Source: Candidatus Obscuribacterales bacterium (GTDB taxonomy: Bacteria > Cyanobacteriota > Vampirovibrionia > Obscuribacterales > Obscuribacteraceae). Taken from it: DNA of 64,000 nt. Numbering within the stretch: position 1 is the stretch's first letter; each line of letters starts with the position of its first letter. Below are positions 1 through 10,437 of the stretch, in pieces. Position numbers and translations under genes: made by a program. The stretch covers positions 1,184,001 through 1,248,000 of the forward strand of contig CBDDIJ010000002.1 of assembly GCA_965228855.1 (NCBI GenBank), written 5' to 3'. Under the pieces are notes generated by a model. It did no database searches. It worked only from the letters and a program-made list of their open reading frames with translations, and had not been told where the DNA came from.

Positions 1-1
1 G

Positions 2-70
2 GGCAAGTGTCACGATGAGAAGAAGCATGTGGCAAGTGCAGCCGGCGCAAATGAAACGAGCACCAAGTAG
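2..70 (+). CDS. 3' end of an upstream gene (partial, runs off the window)
   Basis: Open frame GKCHDEKKHVASAAGANETSTK* ending in TAG at 68-70, directly abutting the moeA ATG at 71. Confidence 0.5.
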   Translation, partial: GKCHDEKKHVASAAGANETSTK

Positions 71-1327
71 ATGTTGACTTACGCCGAGGCGCTCGAAAAG
101 GTTTTATCCACAGTCAGGCAGCTTCCCTCTGAAGACGTGGCTCTGGAGGACTTGTGCGACCGCTTCCTGTCCGCACCTGTAGAAGCTGCTTTTGATCTGC
201 CGCGATTCGACAATTCTGCGGTGGACGGTTTTGGAGTACTGCTTAGCGATGTGAGCAGGGCTTCTGAGTCTTCCGCGGCTCATCTGGTTTTGACCGACAC
301 CATACATGCCGGCGAGTCCGCGAGTGTGCCTGTGTTGGCGCGAGGTCAAACAGTCAAAATTTTGACAGGCGCTCCCGTGCCACCGTCTGTAGAGGCGGTA
401 ATAATGCGCGAATTTTGCGACGAGGAAAACGGTGCTGTCGCGGTTAAGACGCAGGCTACTGCCTCCGAGAATATCAGGCGTAAAGGCGATGAAGTGAAAC
501 AGGGTCAGGAAGTCCTTCCTGCCGGAGTACAAGTTACGCCGCCGGTGGTCGGATTGATTGCATCGTTTGGTCACGAGCGATTTTCAGTCACAAAACAACC
601 GCGCGTTGCAGTTGTCGTGACCGGTGATGAGCTTGTTAAACCGGGTGGGTCTTTGAAGGACGGTCAAATCTTCGAGTCGAATTCTTTCGCTCTGGCAGCC
701 GCCGTCAAAGCCATGGGCTTGCCGCGGTGCGTGACGATTCATGCGCTTGATAGCCGGGAGGCGACAACTAGCGCGTTTCAGCAAGCGATCGATCAAGCCG
801 ATGTGATTATCTCCGCAGGTGGAGTGTCTGTGGGCGAGCATGATTACGTCAAAGTGGCACTAGAGGAAGATTTGAGGGCGCAAACGGTTTTCTGGCGAAT
901 TGCGATTAAGCCCGGAAAGCCTGTTTATTTTGGGTTTATAGACCAGCAAATTGATGGCGAGGCGCGTCCACAGCGCAAGCTCATTTTTGGACTGCCTGGC
1001 AACCCCGTGAGCGCCCTTGTGACCTTTAATTTGTTCGTGAAGCCGGCGTTGCGAAAGATGCAAGGTGCCGCCGAGTCGGCTAAAAAGCCGTGGGCGGGTG
1101 TTCTCGAGTCCGATTTGAAGAAGAAACCCGGAAGAATGGATTTTGTTCGCGGTATACTAGGGTGCTCGCCTGCGGGTGCACTTCATGTGTCGCCGACGCG
1201 CGGGCAAGACTCGCACATGCTGAGCGGACTGGCTAAGGCTAATTGTTTGATTCAATTCCCGGCAGACTCCGAACGCATTGCGAAGGGGCAATGCATTCAG
1301 CTCGAGCTGCTGGATTGGCATTCTTGA
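71..1327 (+). CDS. moeA: Molybdopterin molybdotransferase MoeA (gephyrin-like)
   Basis: 418 aa with MoeA motifs DNSAVDGF, TGDEL, SAGGVSVGEHDYV, KPGKP, GLPGNPVS and C-terminal QDSHML. Confidence 0.95.
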   Translation: MLTYAEALEKVLSTVRQLPSEDVALEDLCDRFLSAPVEAAFDLPRFDNSAVDGFGVLLSDVSRASESSAAHLVLTDTIHAGESASVPVLARGQTVKILTGAPVPPSVEAVIMREFCDEENGAVAVKTQATASENIRRKGDEVKQGQEVLPAGVQVTPPVVGLIASFGHERFSVTKQPRVAVVVTGDELVKPGGSLKDGQIFESNSFALAAAVKAMGLPRCVTIHALDSREATTSAFQQAIDQADVIISAGGVSVGEHDYVKVALEEDLRAQTVFWRIAIKPGKPVYFGFIDQQIDGEARPQRKLIFGLPGNPVSALVTFNLFVKPALRKMQGAAESAKKPWAGVLESDLKKKPGRMDFVRGILGCSPAGALHVSPTRGQDSHMLSGLAKANCLIQFPADSERIAKGQCIQLELLDWHS

Positions 1328-1345
1328 AGGAGGAAACACAGGCTC

Positions 1346-2044
1346 ATGGTATCTGAGAAAGTCAGTATTTCAGTCGACGACGGATTCTTCGATGCCTACG
1401 TGTCATTGCCGCCCCAGGGAGATGGTCCCGGGCTGCTCCTGATTCAGGAAATCTTTGGCGTCAACCAGCACATGCGCGATGTTGCCGACCGGCTTGCTGC
1501 CGAAGGTTTTATCGTGATGGTGCCCGATTTGTTCTGGCGCATGAAACGCAATCTCGAACTCGGATACGAAGGCGCAGACTTCGATAAGGCGCTCGAGTAC
1601 TTCCAACAATTTGACGAGAAGCAGGGATTGGCTGACCTTAAAGAGGCAGCCTCGGCGCTTCGCGACCACAAAAAGTGCACCGGTCGAGTAGGCACGATTG
1701 GCTTTTGTCTCGGCGGAAAGCTCGCCTTCAGGCTGGCTTCTCAGTACAACATGAACGCGGCGGTCTCCTACTACCCTGTTTTCCTCGATAAGCACCTCGA
1801 AGAAGCAGAGCGCTTGCGCTGTGAAACCATAATTCACTTTGCCGCCCTGGACCATTTTGTACCGCTCGAAACATATGAGACCATCAAAGAAGGTCTCAAA
1901 CACAAGCAGAATATTCACATCTATCTTTATGAGGGCGTCGATCACGGCTTCAATTGCGACGCTCGCTCTGCATACAACAAGGAAGCTGCTGATCTGGCGT
2001 GGTCCAGAAGCCTTGAGATCTTCAACAAAGAGCTCAAGGGCTAG
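1346..2044 (+). CDS. Dienelactone hydrolase family protein
   Basis: QEIFGVN motif, nucleophile elbow GFCLGG, C-terminal HGF; AGGAGG RBS upstream. Confidence 0.93.
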   Translation: MVSEKVSISVDDGFFDAYVSLPPQGDGPGLLLIQEIFGVNQHMRDVADRLAAEGFIVMVPDLFWRMKRNLELGYEGADFDKALEYFQQFDEKQGLADLKEAASALRDHKKCTGRVGTIGFCLGGKLAFRLASQYNMNAAVSYYPVFLDKHLEEAERLRCETIIHFAALDHFVPLETYETIKEGLKHKQNIHIYLYEGVDHGFNCDARSAYNKEAADLAWSRSLEIFNKELKG

Positions 2045-2413
2045 CAAAAGTCCAGCTTTCCTCTCGGGCTCAAGGCTGGAATCGAAACAGCTGCAACGGT
2101 TTCGTAAAAAAGAGTACCGTATTGTAATCGGCGATGATATTCCGGCTTAATTTCAGGGCAGTATTTAGAAACCGCTGTTTCTGAGATTCATATACCAAAC
2201 CAATTTTGTCTTTAATGCGCAGGATTGGAGTGTGCGATGATGACTTGGCAGTGATTCGCTATCCACTCGTAATTCGCTCGGGACTGTTTGAAAATCAAGT
2301 TGCAGCTTTTTGGTGAAACCTATCGCCATCAAGCGTTCGACGCTCTAGAATAGTTCGATAATTTAGTACTCAACTGTTGACATGGTGTGCGGCTTCAATC
2401 GGGAGACTTCCGC

Positions 2414-3625
2414 GTGGCCAATGACGAATTTCCGGTCCTCACTCAGATTCTGCTCGGCAGCGGTCTGATTACAAGAGATGATCTCGAGGACTACAAAATG
2501 ATTGCCAAGGATTTAAAAATCCCGGTAACCCAGGCAATCATGAATTCGGGGCTGATAAACGCTAATAATTTGAAGACGGCGCAGGATGCGCTGGAGCTGG
2601 TCAACAAGCAGCAAATCACGCCTGACATCGCAATAAGGTCATTGCGAGTGGCGCTTCAGAAAAATCTTCCACTGGCAGCCGCAATCAAATCCGTCAAGGA
2701 TATGCACCAGAGAACTCAGGTTGTTGTTTCCGCCTCTAACGATCTCACGAATCTGTTGATGAAGGCGGAAATGCTTACTCAGCAGGAACTGGGAAGGCTG
2801 TTTGTCCGGTCGGTGGAATCCTCGTTGATGCTTGGCCAACTGCTCGTTCTCGAAGACTTGATTTCCACTGAAGGATTGCTTGCCGCACTGCATGCGGTGC
2901 TAATGAAGCGCGAGCAGGAACTGCCGGAAGCTGATGCTGTAAAGGGTCTTGTGCATTCCAACGCGCAAAAGATTTCCTTCGAGCAGGCGTTGTTCGAACT
3001 GGGGTTGTTTAAACATCCTGATGCAAAAACGACTCGGGTTGGCGAGTTGTGTTTGATGGCCGGCATAATCACAAGAGAAATTTTGGCTGAATGTCTGGAA
3101 GTTGAGTTGTTTAAGAAGAAACAGTTCGGTCAGATTTTGCTCGAACGCGGTCTGCTAAGCACCGAACAATTGGAAGCGGCGATTCAGCTCCAGTCTGCTA
3201 TTTCCAATGACACTTTGCAGCCGTATCAAGCAGCGAAGGCGCTGCACGCCGTCGTGAAAGAGGATAAGAACGTTTACGCGGCTATGGCCGATTTCCATGG
3301 CAAGAATAACGATGACAATACTCGGCTTGGGGACTTGCTCACGGAAGCCGGTATATGCGACAAGGAGAAACTCGAGTCTGTGGTGACTAAAAATCCCGAC
3401 AGTCCCATTCGAGTCGGAAGCACCCTGCTAAAGGCAGGAGTCATCGACGAAAGCACGTTGTACTCGGCTCTTCGGTTGCAGACCTCGTTGCGTCTTGGAT
3501 ACTTATCGCGTGAAAAAACAGTCGAACTCTTGAAGTACTGTAATGACAATAAAGCCTCAGTGGAAAAGGCTTTCCACGATAACCACACTTACGTTCCATC
3601 GCGAATGCAATGGACCTGGGTTTGA
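2414..3625 (+). CDS. Tandem MshEN-like repeat protein (candidate c-di-GMP receptor)
   Basis: Eight copies of an (R/K/x)(L/V/F)GxxLxxxGxIxxxxLxxxLxxQ-like motif, e.g. QFGQILLERGLLSTEQLEAAIQLQ, RLGDLLTEAGIC, RVGSTLLKAGVIDESTLYSALRLQ. Start moved from 2387 to GTG 2414 because GGAG lies at 2402-2405. Confidence 0.7.
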   Translation: MANDEFPVLTQILLGSGLITRDDLEDYKMIAKDLKIPVTQAIMNSGLINANNLKTAQDALELVNKQQITPDIAIRSLRVALQKNLPLAAAIKSVKDMHQRTQVVVSASNDLTNLLMKAEMLTQQELGRLFVRSVESSLMLGQLLVLEDLISTEGLLAALHAVLMKREQELPEADAVKGLVHSNAQKISFEQALFELGLFKHPDAKTTRVGELCLMAGIITREILAECLEVELFKKKQFGQILLERGLLSTEQLEAAIQLQSAISNDTLQPYQAAKALHAVVKEDKNVYAAMADFHGKNNDDNTRLGDLLTEAGICDKEKLESVVTKNPDSPIRVGSTLLKAGVIDESTLYSALRLQTSLRLGYLSREKTVELLKYCNDNKASVEKAFHDNHTYVPSRMQWTWV

Positions 3626-3962
3626 AAATTGCGCGAATAAAAATATCTCCGTTGTATATATGGCACCGGAGAATCCCATGAATTAAGCCTTTCGTGTAAG
3701 TGCTTGTGCTACATGGAATATGGCGAATTAATCAGAATTTGTTGATCGCGAACGATGAAATGATTATCTGCCGGGTAAGAAGTGTTTGGAAACCGGCAGA
3801 ATTCGATGTTCTCAGTTCTTGAAACTTCCTTCGAGCCTGAATATCGGGGGCGCTTCAACCGATAAGTTGGAGCGGAGATTTTGACTTCGCGTTTAAATAG
3901 ACGTATGTTTTGATTGCGGAGTTGACCATCGAAGCTACTAAGTGGAAGAAAGGTAAGGCTGA

Positions 3963-4325
3963 ATGACTGGTACGAAGAAGAAAGAGAAAGTGACGAAAGC
4001 AGCAACAACTAAAGCAGCAACGGGCGAGCGAAAAGAGCGCAAATTGCGGAAGAAGAATCCGATGTCGGATACCAGCACCAGGCTGGCCAGATATCGTAAT
4101 CTTGCGCAGGAGAATTTGCAGCGTCAGAAAGTTGAAGCCGCACAGCGCTGCCTAGAGAAAGCCGTCTACATAGCGGTGAAGACATACGGTCCGCAACATC
4201 TGGAAGTCGGGACCAACCTTCTTGAACTCGGATCTGTTCTATACCAGCGTGGACATGTGGAAGTTGCAGAACCTCTAATGGCCCGTGCGCATCGGATTCT
4301 GCAAGCGATGGCGCCTTCGGTTTAA
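3963..4325 (+). CDS. Small TPR-like protein with Lys-rich N-terminus
   Basis: AQRCLEKAVYIAVKTYGPQHLEVGTNLLELGSVLYQRGHVEVAEPLMARA resembles kinesin-light-chain-type TPR (TPR_10/12). Confidence 0.6.
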   Translation: MTGTKKKEKVTKAATTKAATGERKERKLRKKNPMSDTSTRLARYRNLAQENLQRQKVEAAQRCLEKAVYIAVKTYGPQHLEVGTNLLELGSVLYQRGHVEVAEPLMARAHRILQAMAPSV

Positions 4326-4356
4326 AGGCACCGCCGCTGCACATTGCAGTTCGATG

Positions 4357-7300
4357 TTAATAGACCGTCCATGTGAAGAAGTCCTTGCGCTCTGGGATTT
4401 CAGTATCCATGAACTCTAGCTTTGCATTGCGGACCTTGACGGTTTGCTTGCTTGCTTTCCTTTGATTATTGAACAACAGATCGTCGCTGAAAGGCGTGAG
4501 AACAGGTCTTGTGGTTACGCCGCCGTGTTCCAGAAGCTTCTTCGGAAACGAGTCGACGATCGTGATTTTCTTCCAGCCGCTGGCATCGACTGGCACGGAA
4601 TAGGGCTGCCAGGTTGGATTCCAGACATCGCCGTTACCCGTTTTGAACACCAGATTTGGATAGGCGATTACAGGACGTTTTTCAGTTTTTAATTCGCACG
4701 TAAACCTGATAGGATGCCTTGCGAGCTGGTCTTCGCTCACCGGTACGTCCTGTGGTGTAAAGTAGAAAGTGCTGGGGTCGCCACCGTGGACGGTGCGCTC
4801 TTCGCCTGCTTTTTGCTCGAAGATGACCAGTGTCGAGTCCGTCTTGTCAGTTGAATTAGTAGTGGTTTTGGGAGGCGTGGCCGATTCCTTTGAAACTGCC
4901 GCGTCCTTTGCCGATGCTGCTTCGTCGGCGGCGAGTTTGGCTGCTTTGTTAGCGTTTAGCGGTTGCACGAGCAATCGAATTCGCATTTTGCCCCATGGAG
5001 CGTTACCGTTTTCAACAAAACTCTTGCTGGTGAAACCCTTGATTGAGATCGTTTCCAATGGTCGTTGTTCGATGGGAACCCGGTAATCAGCGCCTTCGAC
5101 CGCGTAGTTCCAGCAGGTCGAGTTGATCGAGGGGAGAATGGTTTCACCGTCCATCTCTCCCGATGACGGCATGGCATAGTCACCATAGATGGTGATGACG
5201 CTCGTGTCGTGCGCGCTGCTTATGCGGATTGTGTTTTCCTGTCCAGGTTTTAAAAGCTTGGAAGGAAACGGCGCGATGTACCAGTGGCGTATGGCTCGGT
5301 AATCTTGATCCATCACTTTAGCCTGGACTGCGATTGACTGAACGATTGACTCGCTGTCCTTTTGCAGCATGGGTATCGGCAGCGCTTGTGTTCCAATTCT
5401 CGTACCGTTAACTTCGATATTCAATTGTGGAAGTGAATCTGGTGTGTGGATGTCCATCGCGACGTATGCGGTTGGACCCAGAATACCGGTCGCCTCAGGT
5501 AATTTGATTGTCTGGCATGCTGCCTGTTTGCCTGAAATATTTGTAGTCCACTCGCTCCAGAGGTGCGACGTAACGATGCTTCCTGCAAGACTGCAAGCGA
5601 CGGCTGCGAAACTTACTATGCTTGCGATCACTAGCGCCGGAGCCGGCTTTTGATTCGGTGCTGCTGCAACACTCGCGCCTTCTGTTTCATCTTTCAATGC
5701 GGCTAGGGTTGAAACCGTTGCGCTCGTGTGTTTCATCAATGCCAGCCAGACTGCTCCATATGCGCAGATCGCAGCCATTGCTACCAGCCATGGTGCAATC
5801 GTCAACCACCAACCCTGAGAGATCAAACTCGTTGGAACCGCTGACCACACGCGCAACTCGTTGATAATCGGGCAAAGCACGCAGAATGTTGCGACGATGA
5901 GGAAGAAGCGGTTCCGCTTGTGCCGTTCCTGTCCAAGCCAGAAGGAGAGCGACGCTCCAGCGGCCAGAATAATCAGCGGCATGGCGCTCATGGCGTAACG
6001 GGACAGTGCAATGAATGCCATGTAAACGAAGTGAGCGCTGACTGTAGCGATGATGAGCGAGGTGCCGAGCCATTCTCCTTTACTCAGTGCGCGCCGTCCG
6101 CGTGCGCAGGCTATAAATGCCCAGCTTGCTCCGAGAAAAATCATTAGTTGATGGAGCACGTTTTGCGCAGCTGGAGGTAGGCCGAGAGTCGGATATTTGC
6201 AATCGTTCCAGGGTGCTGACCAGAGGCGGCTGAGTTTTTTTGTCTGTAAAAGCAACCAATCTACAGGATGCGCTTTTGCGTTTTCAATGACCATGCCCGC
6301 AGCGACGCGCATGTCTTCCGGAAATGGAATTGTACTGGGATACGGGGTCCATCCGTCAGTGGTGGTCAGATTTCCCGATAGCAGGTTGAAAGCCGGCAAT
6401 CTATTTGTGGTCAAACGAGCCTGACCGAGCGCGGTTTTTGTATAAAGCAACCAGGGTGACGCGATCAGGGCAAACGCAATTGCGATTGACAAAACTGAAA
6501 CGATTGCAGCTTTTCTGGATCCAGGTTCCGCATCAGCCTTCGAGCGGCGCATACCGACGAATGATGCGACTGCGAGGAAAGGTAGGACAAATGGAAATGC
6601 TGATCGGGCAAGTACGGTTAAGCCAAGGATTGCACCAGTAGCGATACCGCTTACAATGCGGTTGGCAATCGCGGTGGCGGGGAGCATAAGCAGGCGGGCG
6701 AGGCTGTAGACGGACGCAGTGAGCATGAACGTGACGAAGTTTTCGCACATACACCAGTGTGTGTTTACTATTGCTGCTGGATAAATCGCGTAGAGCAAAC
6801 CGGCGATTGCACCTGGCAATGTGCCGAATAGAAGAAATCCAGCCAAACACAGAAGAATACACGTGGACGCGTCAACTGCTGAGTTCGCGATGCTGACCTT
6901 GAAGATTATGCGTTCCCATTGGAACGATTTTTGCTCTTCATATCCTGTGAGAGGTAACACGGCCGAGAGATAGAGTGGAAAGATCGGACCATCGGTGACG
7001 AGGCGGTCTACTAGCTTGTCCGAGTTGAATGCAACGTACATTCCGCTGTAGGATTTTGCGTCATCAGCGATGTTCTTCAGCAACTCTTGGGGCGAATGGC
7101 TCTGTCGCACCATTCTATTTATGGACGCGCCTGAGCGGAGGTAATTTTGCGAATCTTCGAGAAACCAGACACGGTGTTCCAGTCCGGCGTTATACGAATA
7201 TCTGATCGAAAACGCCAGCAGAAAAACAGAAACCACAATGAAAAGGCGATTGCGAAGTAGATTACGAATACTGTTTAAACGCTTCCTTTCGCGCTGAGAA

Positions 7301-7359
7301 TCACGAACGTGAGCGTCGTTCGGTTCGGACTTGCCGGATTCATTTATAGCGGATGCCAT
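4357..7359 (-). CDS. GT-C fold (PMT/ArnT-like) integral membrane glycosyltransferase with large C-terminal soluble domain
   Basis: 1000 aa; acidic ED after TM1 (FLEDSQNY), many TM helices, AIYP, PW and RY motifs typical of GT-C enzymes; clear paralog of 7591-10431. Confidence 0.7.
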   Translation of the reverse strand: MASAINESGKSEPNDAHVRDSQRERKRLNSIRNLLRNRLFIVVSVFLLAFSIRYSYNAGLEHRVWFLEDSQNYLRSGASINRMVRQSHSPQELLKNIADDAKSYSGMYVAFNSDKLVDRLVTDGPIFPLYLSAVLPLTGYEEQKSFQWERIIFKVSIANSAVDASTCILLCLAGFLLFGTLPGAIAGLLYAIYPAAIVNTHWCMCENFVTFMLTASVYSLARLLMLPATAIANRIVSGIATGAILGLTVLARSAFPFVLPFLAVASFVGMRRSKADAEPGSRKAAIVSVLSIAIAFALIASPWLLYTKTALGQARLTTNRLPAFNLLSGNLTTTDGWTPYPSTIPFPEDMRVAAGMVIENAKAHPVDWLLLQTKKLSRLWSAPWNDCKYPTLGLPPAAQNVLHQLMIFLGASWAFIACARGRRALSKGEWLGTSLIIATVSAHFVYMAFIALSRYAMSAMPLIILAAGASLSFWLGQERHKRNRFFLIVATFCVLCPIINELRVWSAVPTSLISQGWWLTIAPWLVAMAAICAYGAVWLALMKHTSATVSTLAALKDETEGASVAAAPNQKPAPALVIASIVSFAAVACSLAGSIVTSHLWSEWTTNISGKQAACQTIKLPEATGILGPTAYVAMDIHTPDSLPQLNIEVNGTRIGTQALPIPMLQKDSESIVQSIAVQAKVMDQDYRAIRHWYIAPFPSKLLKPGQENTIRISSAHDTSVITIYGDYAMPSSGEMDGETILPSINSTCWNYAVEGADYRVPIEQRPLETISIKGFTSKSFVENGNAPWGKMRIRLLVQPLNANKAAKLAADEAASAKDAAVSKESATPPKTTTNSTDKTDSTLVIFEQKAGEERTVHGGDPSTFYFTPQDVPVSEDQLARHPIRFTCELKTEKRPVIAYPNLVFKTGNGDVWNPTWQPYSVPVDASGWKKITIVDSFPKKLLEHGGVTTRPVLTPFSDDLLFNNQRKASKQTVKVRNAKLEFMDTEIPERKDFFTWTVY

Positions 7360-7590
7360 TTACGTCACCGAATTGAGGGCGGCCGGGAGTTCTGCAATTG
7401 CGCGGCAGTGTCCCGCAGCGGCTGTTTCGCGGCTGCCAAGGAATGATACTTGAGACGAGATCATGAAATGCTAGATGGACCTAATCTAGGCGTCTCTCCA
7501 ACTGTCGCAAAATAAAGTGGATTTAAACAAATTGCATCTCAGGCATCAGTTCGCGAGGCGTAGTAAATTGTTTGTGCGCGAAGACCACGG

Positions 7591-10431
7591 GTGTCTGCGT
7601 GCCTTGAAGAACCAACTGTGAAGGCACCTCAACTCGACACAAAATTTCTGCAGCGATTTGAAAAATTGTTGCCGCTTTTTGTCTTCTTGTTTTCGCTCGC
7701 CATAAGGCTTTTCTTCGACCTGAACAAATCGGATCAGCGTTTATGTAGTTTTGGTGACGGCTATTTCTTCCTGAAGACCGGACAGGAACTGGCTAAGGCT
7801 CTTGTGGGCTGCGCTAGCTTCTCCGACTTTCTTGTCAAACTGACCGTGCACACCTCTGAAGTCGCAGGCGGTGTAGCAACCTTCGGCTCAGGCGCGCTAG
7901 GGGATCGCCTTTTGCTGGACGGTCCGGTCTACACGAGCTTTCTTGCACTGGTGCATATTCTGTCGGGCATCGTCACAACAACTGATTATGCCAATAACTC
8001 TAGAATATTTTCAGTAGCGAATTCGATTATCGACGCGTTCTCTTGCGTGCTCGTGTTTCTCTGCGGTCGCATGGCTTTCGGTCGGAAAGCCGGCCTGATT
8101 GCAGCTTTGCTGCTCAGCATCTATCCTGCATCGGTTCTCAACACACGTTTGTGTTACGGCGAGCTGTTTACCTACTTCTTGTTTTTGCTCTGGTCTGCGC
8201 TAGCTCTTGGCTTGACCGGCTGTCTCGAGCGGGCAAAGCCGGTTTTGGGAATTGTGTACGCCACTATCCTTGGTGCTGTTTCGGTTTTGATTTTGCTAGC
8301 CAAATCACTTTTTGCTCCACTTCCTGTTATCGGTTTGCTGGTGCTTTTCGCGAAGAAGGAAACTCTCTCTAAACCCAAACTTCTGGGTTTAAACACTGCT
8401 GCGATAATTGCAGGTGCGGTGATCGTGATGGCGCCCTGGCTCTGGTTTACTCATGAGGTGACAGGAAAGTTTACTCCCTGGGTAAATCGTGCTCCCGGTT
8501 ACAATCTGTTCGTCGGAAATCAGCTATACACCGACGGTTGGCGTACCTGGCCGGCGCAAGACGGTATTCCTAACGAGGCGAGTGTAGCGTTAAAATCGCT
8601 TGGGCAGAACTTTAGCGAGGATCCGCTGCAGTTTTCCGCGCTACAGCTTCGCAAGGTATCCAGACTCTGGGGCGGTGTTTGGAACGACTTCCAGCATCGA
8701 TTTTTTGGAATTGCCTGGCAGGCTCAGAATGTTTTTCACAACATGATTCTTGCGTTTGCCGTCTTGGGCTTCATCGTGTCGCTCAAGGCATCTGAGGCGG
8801 TTCGACGGAACTCGATTGTTTTTGCTGCGTTCGCTGCGTTTCATTCGTTGTACGCAGGATTTGAACCGGTGGCTCGTTATGCAATCAGTGCGATGCCGTT
8901 TGCGTGCCTGCTTGCCGCGAATGGTCTTGCTGGTTTGACAAACCCGCTAAAAGACAGGCGCTTCTATGTGCTATTGATTTTCAGCATTGTATTTTTCACT
9001 GCTCTCGACAGGCACTTCAGCTTCATTCCGCAGCTGTTTGCGGTCCTGCCTACCGACATGTGGACTGCTATCGCACTGCTTGACGGGGCGATCTGGATAG
9101 CACTATGGATGGTGCTAGCCTTTCTACTTGTGCAGCTTATTGACGCTCCGACGAGATTTCAGAGAGGGCTGGTATGGACTTCCGCGATAACTCTGTCCAC
9201 AGTTTCAATAGCTAATCTGGTCTATGATCCGGCGCGAGCGGAGTGGTCTGCGGAGTTGAAACGTTCGGGCGAGGGAGTGAGCGCCGACATCATCTTGCCG
9301 AGTGATCTAAAGAACCCTCCGCCAATCGCTTATTTGCTTGTCGACATGCAATCGGTGATATCGGCTCCGCAAGTAACGGTTACTGTAAATGAAAAGATCG
9401 TGGGTGCACCGCTGCCGGTGCTACAGTTGATGAGAAACCGTTCTGATGCGTCTGAGATATTCGCTTTGCAAGGGCAGGCGATGATGGTCGACCCACGTTC
9501 TTATCGAAGCTGGTGGGCGTTTCCTGTCCCAATCACATACTTATCGCCAAGTTCGCCGAATAAGATTTCTATACTTGCGAAAGTCCAGGATGGGATTGCT
9601 TTCTCTCCCGTGAAAATTTTTGGAGCCTATCCGACGACCGAAGAGGAATTGGAATCAGTGAGGGAACATGCAGGAGCGCCCCAGGGTGTCCGCAGCATCT
9701 GCATGCCATCGATTAACAAGTTTTCGTGGGTCAAAGGATTCGTGACGATTGATAGAAGAGATCCGCGACCATATGAGGACTTGAAGGTTCGGGGCTTTGT
9801 GCGCAACTGCGAGTTGCACACCAGGCGCGGTGTGATGACTGCTGACTTGTCTGAGCGAGCAGGACGGCAGTTTGGAAGCTATCGAGTTCGATTGTACATG
9901 CCACCGAATACGACACCGGAGTTCGACCTGAATAAGTGGTCGGCTCAGTCGGAAAATTTGTTCGTCAAAAATGAAGAGTTGGTTATTTCCGGCGGCGACC
10001 CTTCCACGATGTCCCTGACTGCGGCTCCAATAGCGCTTCCCCCTTCGCTAACTTCAAGCGCCTTTTACTCCCTGGATTGCGAGCTTCAGAGAGTTAAACA
10101 GAAAAACATCGGTGCCATCACTGTGTCGTTGACTGCGCTGGATGAGCGCGGCGCCGAGCTGAAACACTCCTCGCCCTGGGCGCCTACGTCGTTGACATTG
10201 GGTTCGAAGGGGTGGCAAAAATTCTCTTTCACCGATCGAGTGCCCGAGACTTTTAAGAACGCGCATGATATCAAAGCCTCGATAATGATCTCACCGTTCG
10301 CGGCAGATCGCTTGTTTCTTCACAAGAAAAACGCACTTCGAGATTGTCTCAGAGTGCGTAATGTCAGCCTTGGTTTTTATGATCAGTATGCTCCACCTCT
10401 GTTTCCAATCGACGATGCTTATCTTTATTGA
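7591..10431 (+). CDS. GT-C fold (PMT/ArnT-like) integral membrane glycosyltransferase, paralog of the divergent gene
   Basis: 946 aa; shares DGP, ANSxxDA, IYP, PW, NRxPxxNLxxGNxxxTDGW, RLW..WND, RYA, GGDPST and PFxxDxLF motifs with 4357-7359. Confidence 0.7.
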   Translation: MSACLEEPTVKAPQLDTKFLQRFEKLLPLFVFLFSLAIRLFFDLNKSDQRLCSFGDGYFFLKTGQELAKALVGCASFSDFLVKLTVHTSEVAGGVATFGSGALGDRLLLDGPVYTSFLALVHILSGIVTTTDYANNSRIFSVANSIIDAFSCVLVFLCGRMAFGRKAGLIAALLLSIYPASVLNTRLCYGELFTYFLFLLWSALALGLTGCLERAKPVLGIVYATILGAVSVLILLAKSLFAPLPVIGLLVLFAKKETLSKPKLLGLNTAAIIAGAVIVMAPWLWFTHEVTGKFTPWVNRAPGYNLFVGNQLYTDGWRTWPAQDGIPNEASVALKSLGQNFSEDPLQFSALQLRKVSRLWGGVWNDFQHRFFGIAWQAQNVFHNMILAFAVLGFIVSLKASEAVRRNSIVFAAFAAFHSLYAGFEPVARYAISAMPFACLLAANGLAGLTNPLKDRRFYVLLIFSIVFFTALDRHFSFIPQLFAVLPTDMWTAIALLDGAIWIALWMVLAFLLVQLIDAPTRFQRGLVWTSAITLSTVSIANLVYDPARAEWSAELKRSGEGVSADIILPSDLKNPPPIAYLLVDMQSVISAPQVTVTVNEKIVGAPLPVLQLMRNRSDASEIFALQGQAMMVDPRSYRSWWAFPVPITYLSPSSPNKISILAKVQDGIAFSPVKIFGAYPTTEEELESVREHAGAPQGVRSICMPSINKFSWVKGFVTIDRRDPRPYEDLKVRGFVRNCELHTRRGVMTADLSERAGRQFGSYRVRLYMPPNTTPEFDLNKWSAQSENLFVKNEELVISGGDPSTMSLTAAPIALPPSLTSSAFYSLDCELQRVKQKNIGAITVSLTALDERGAELKHSSPWAPTSLTLGSKGWQKFSFTDRVPETFKNAHDIKASIMISPFAADRLFLHKKNALRDCLRVRNVSLGFYDQYAPPLFPIDDAYLY

Positions 10432-10437
10432 GCAATC

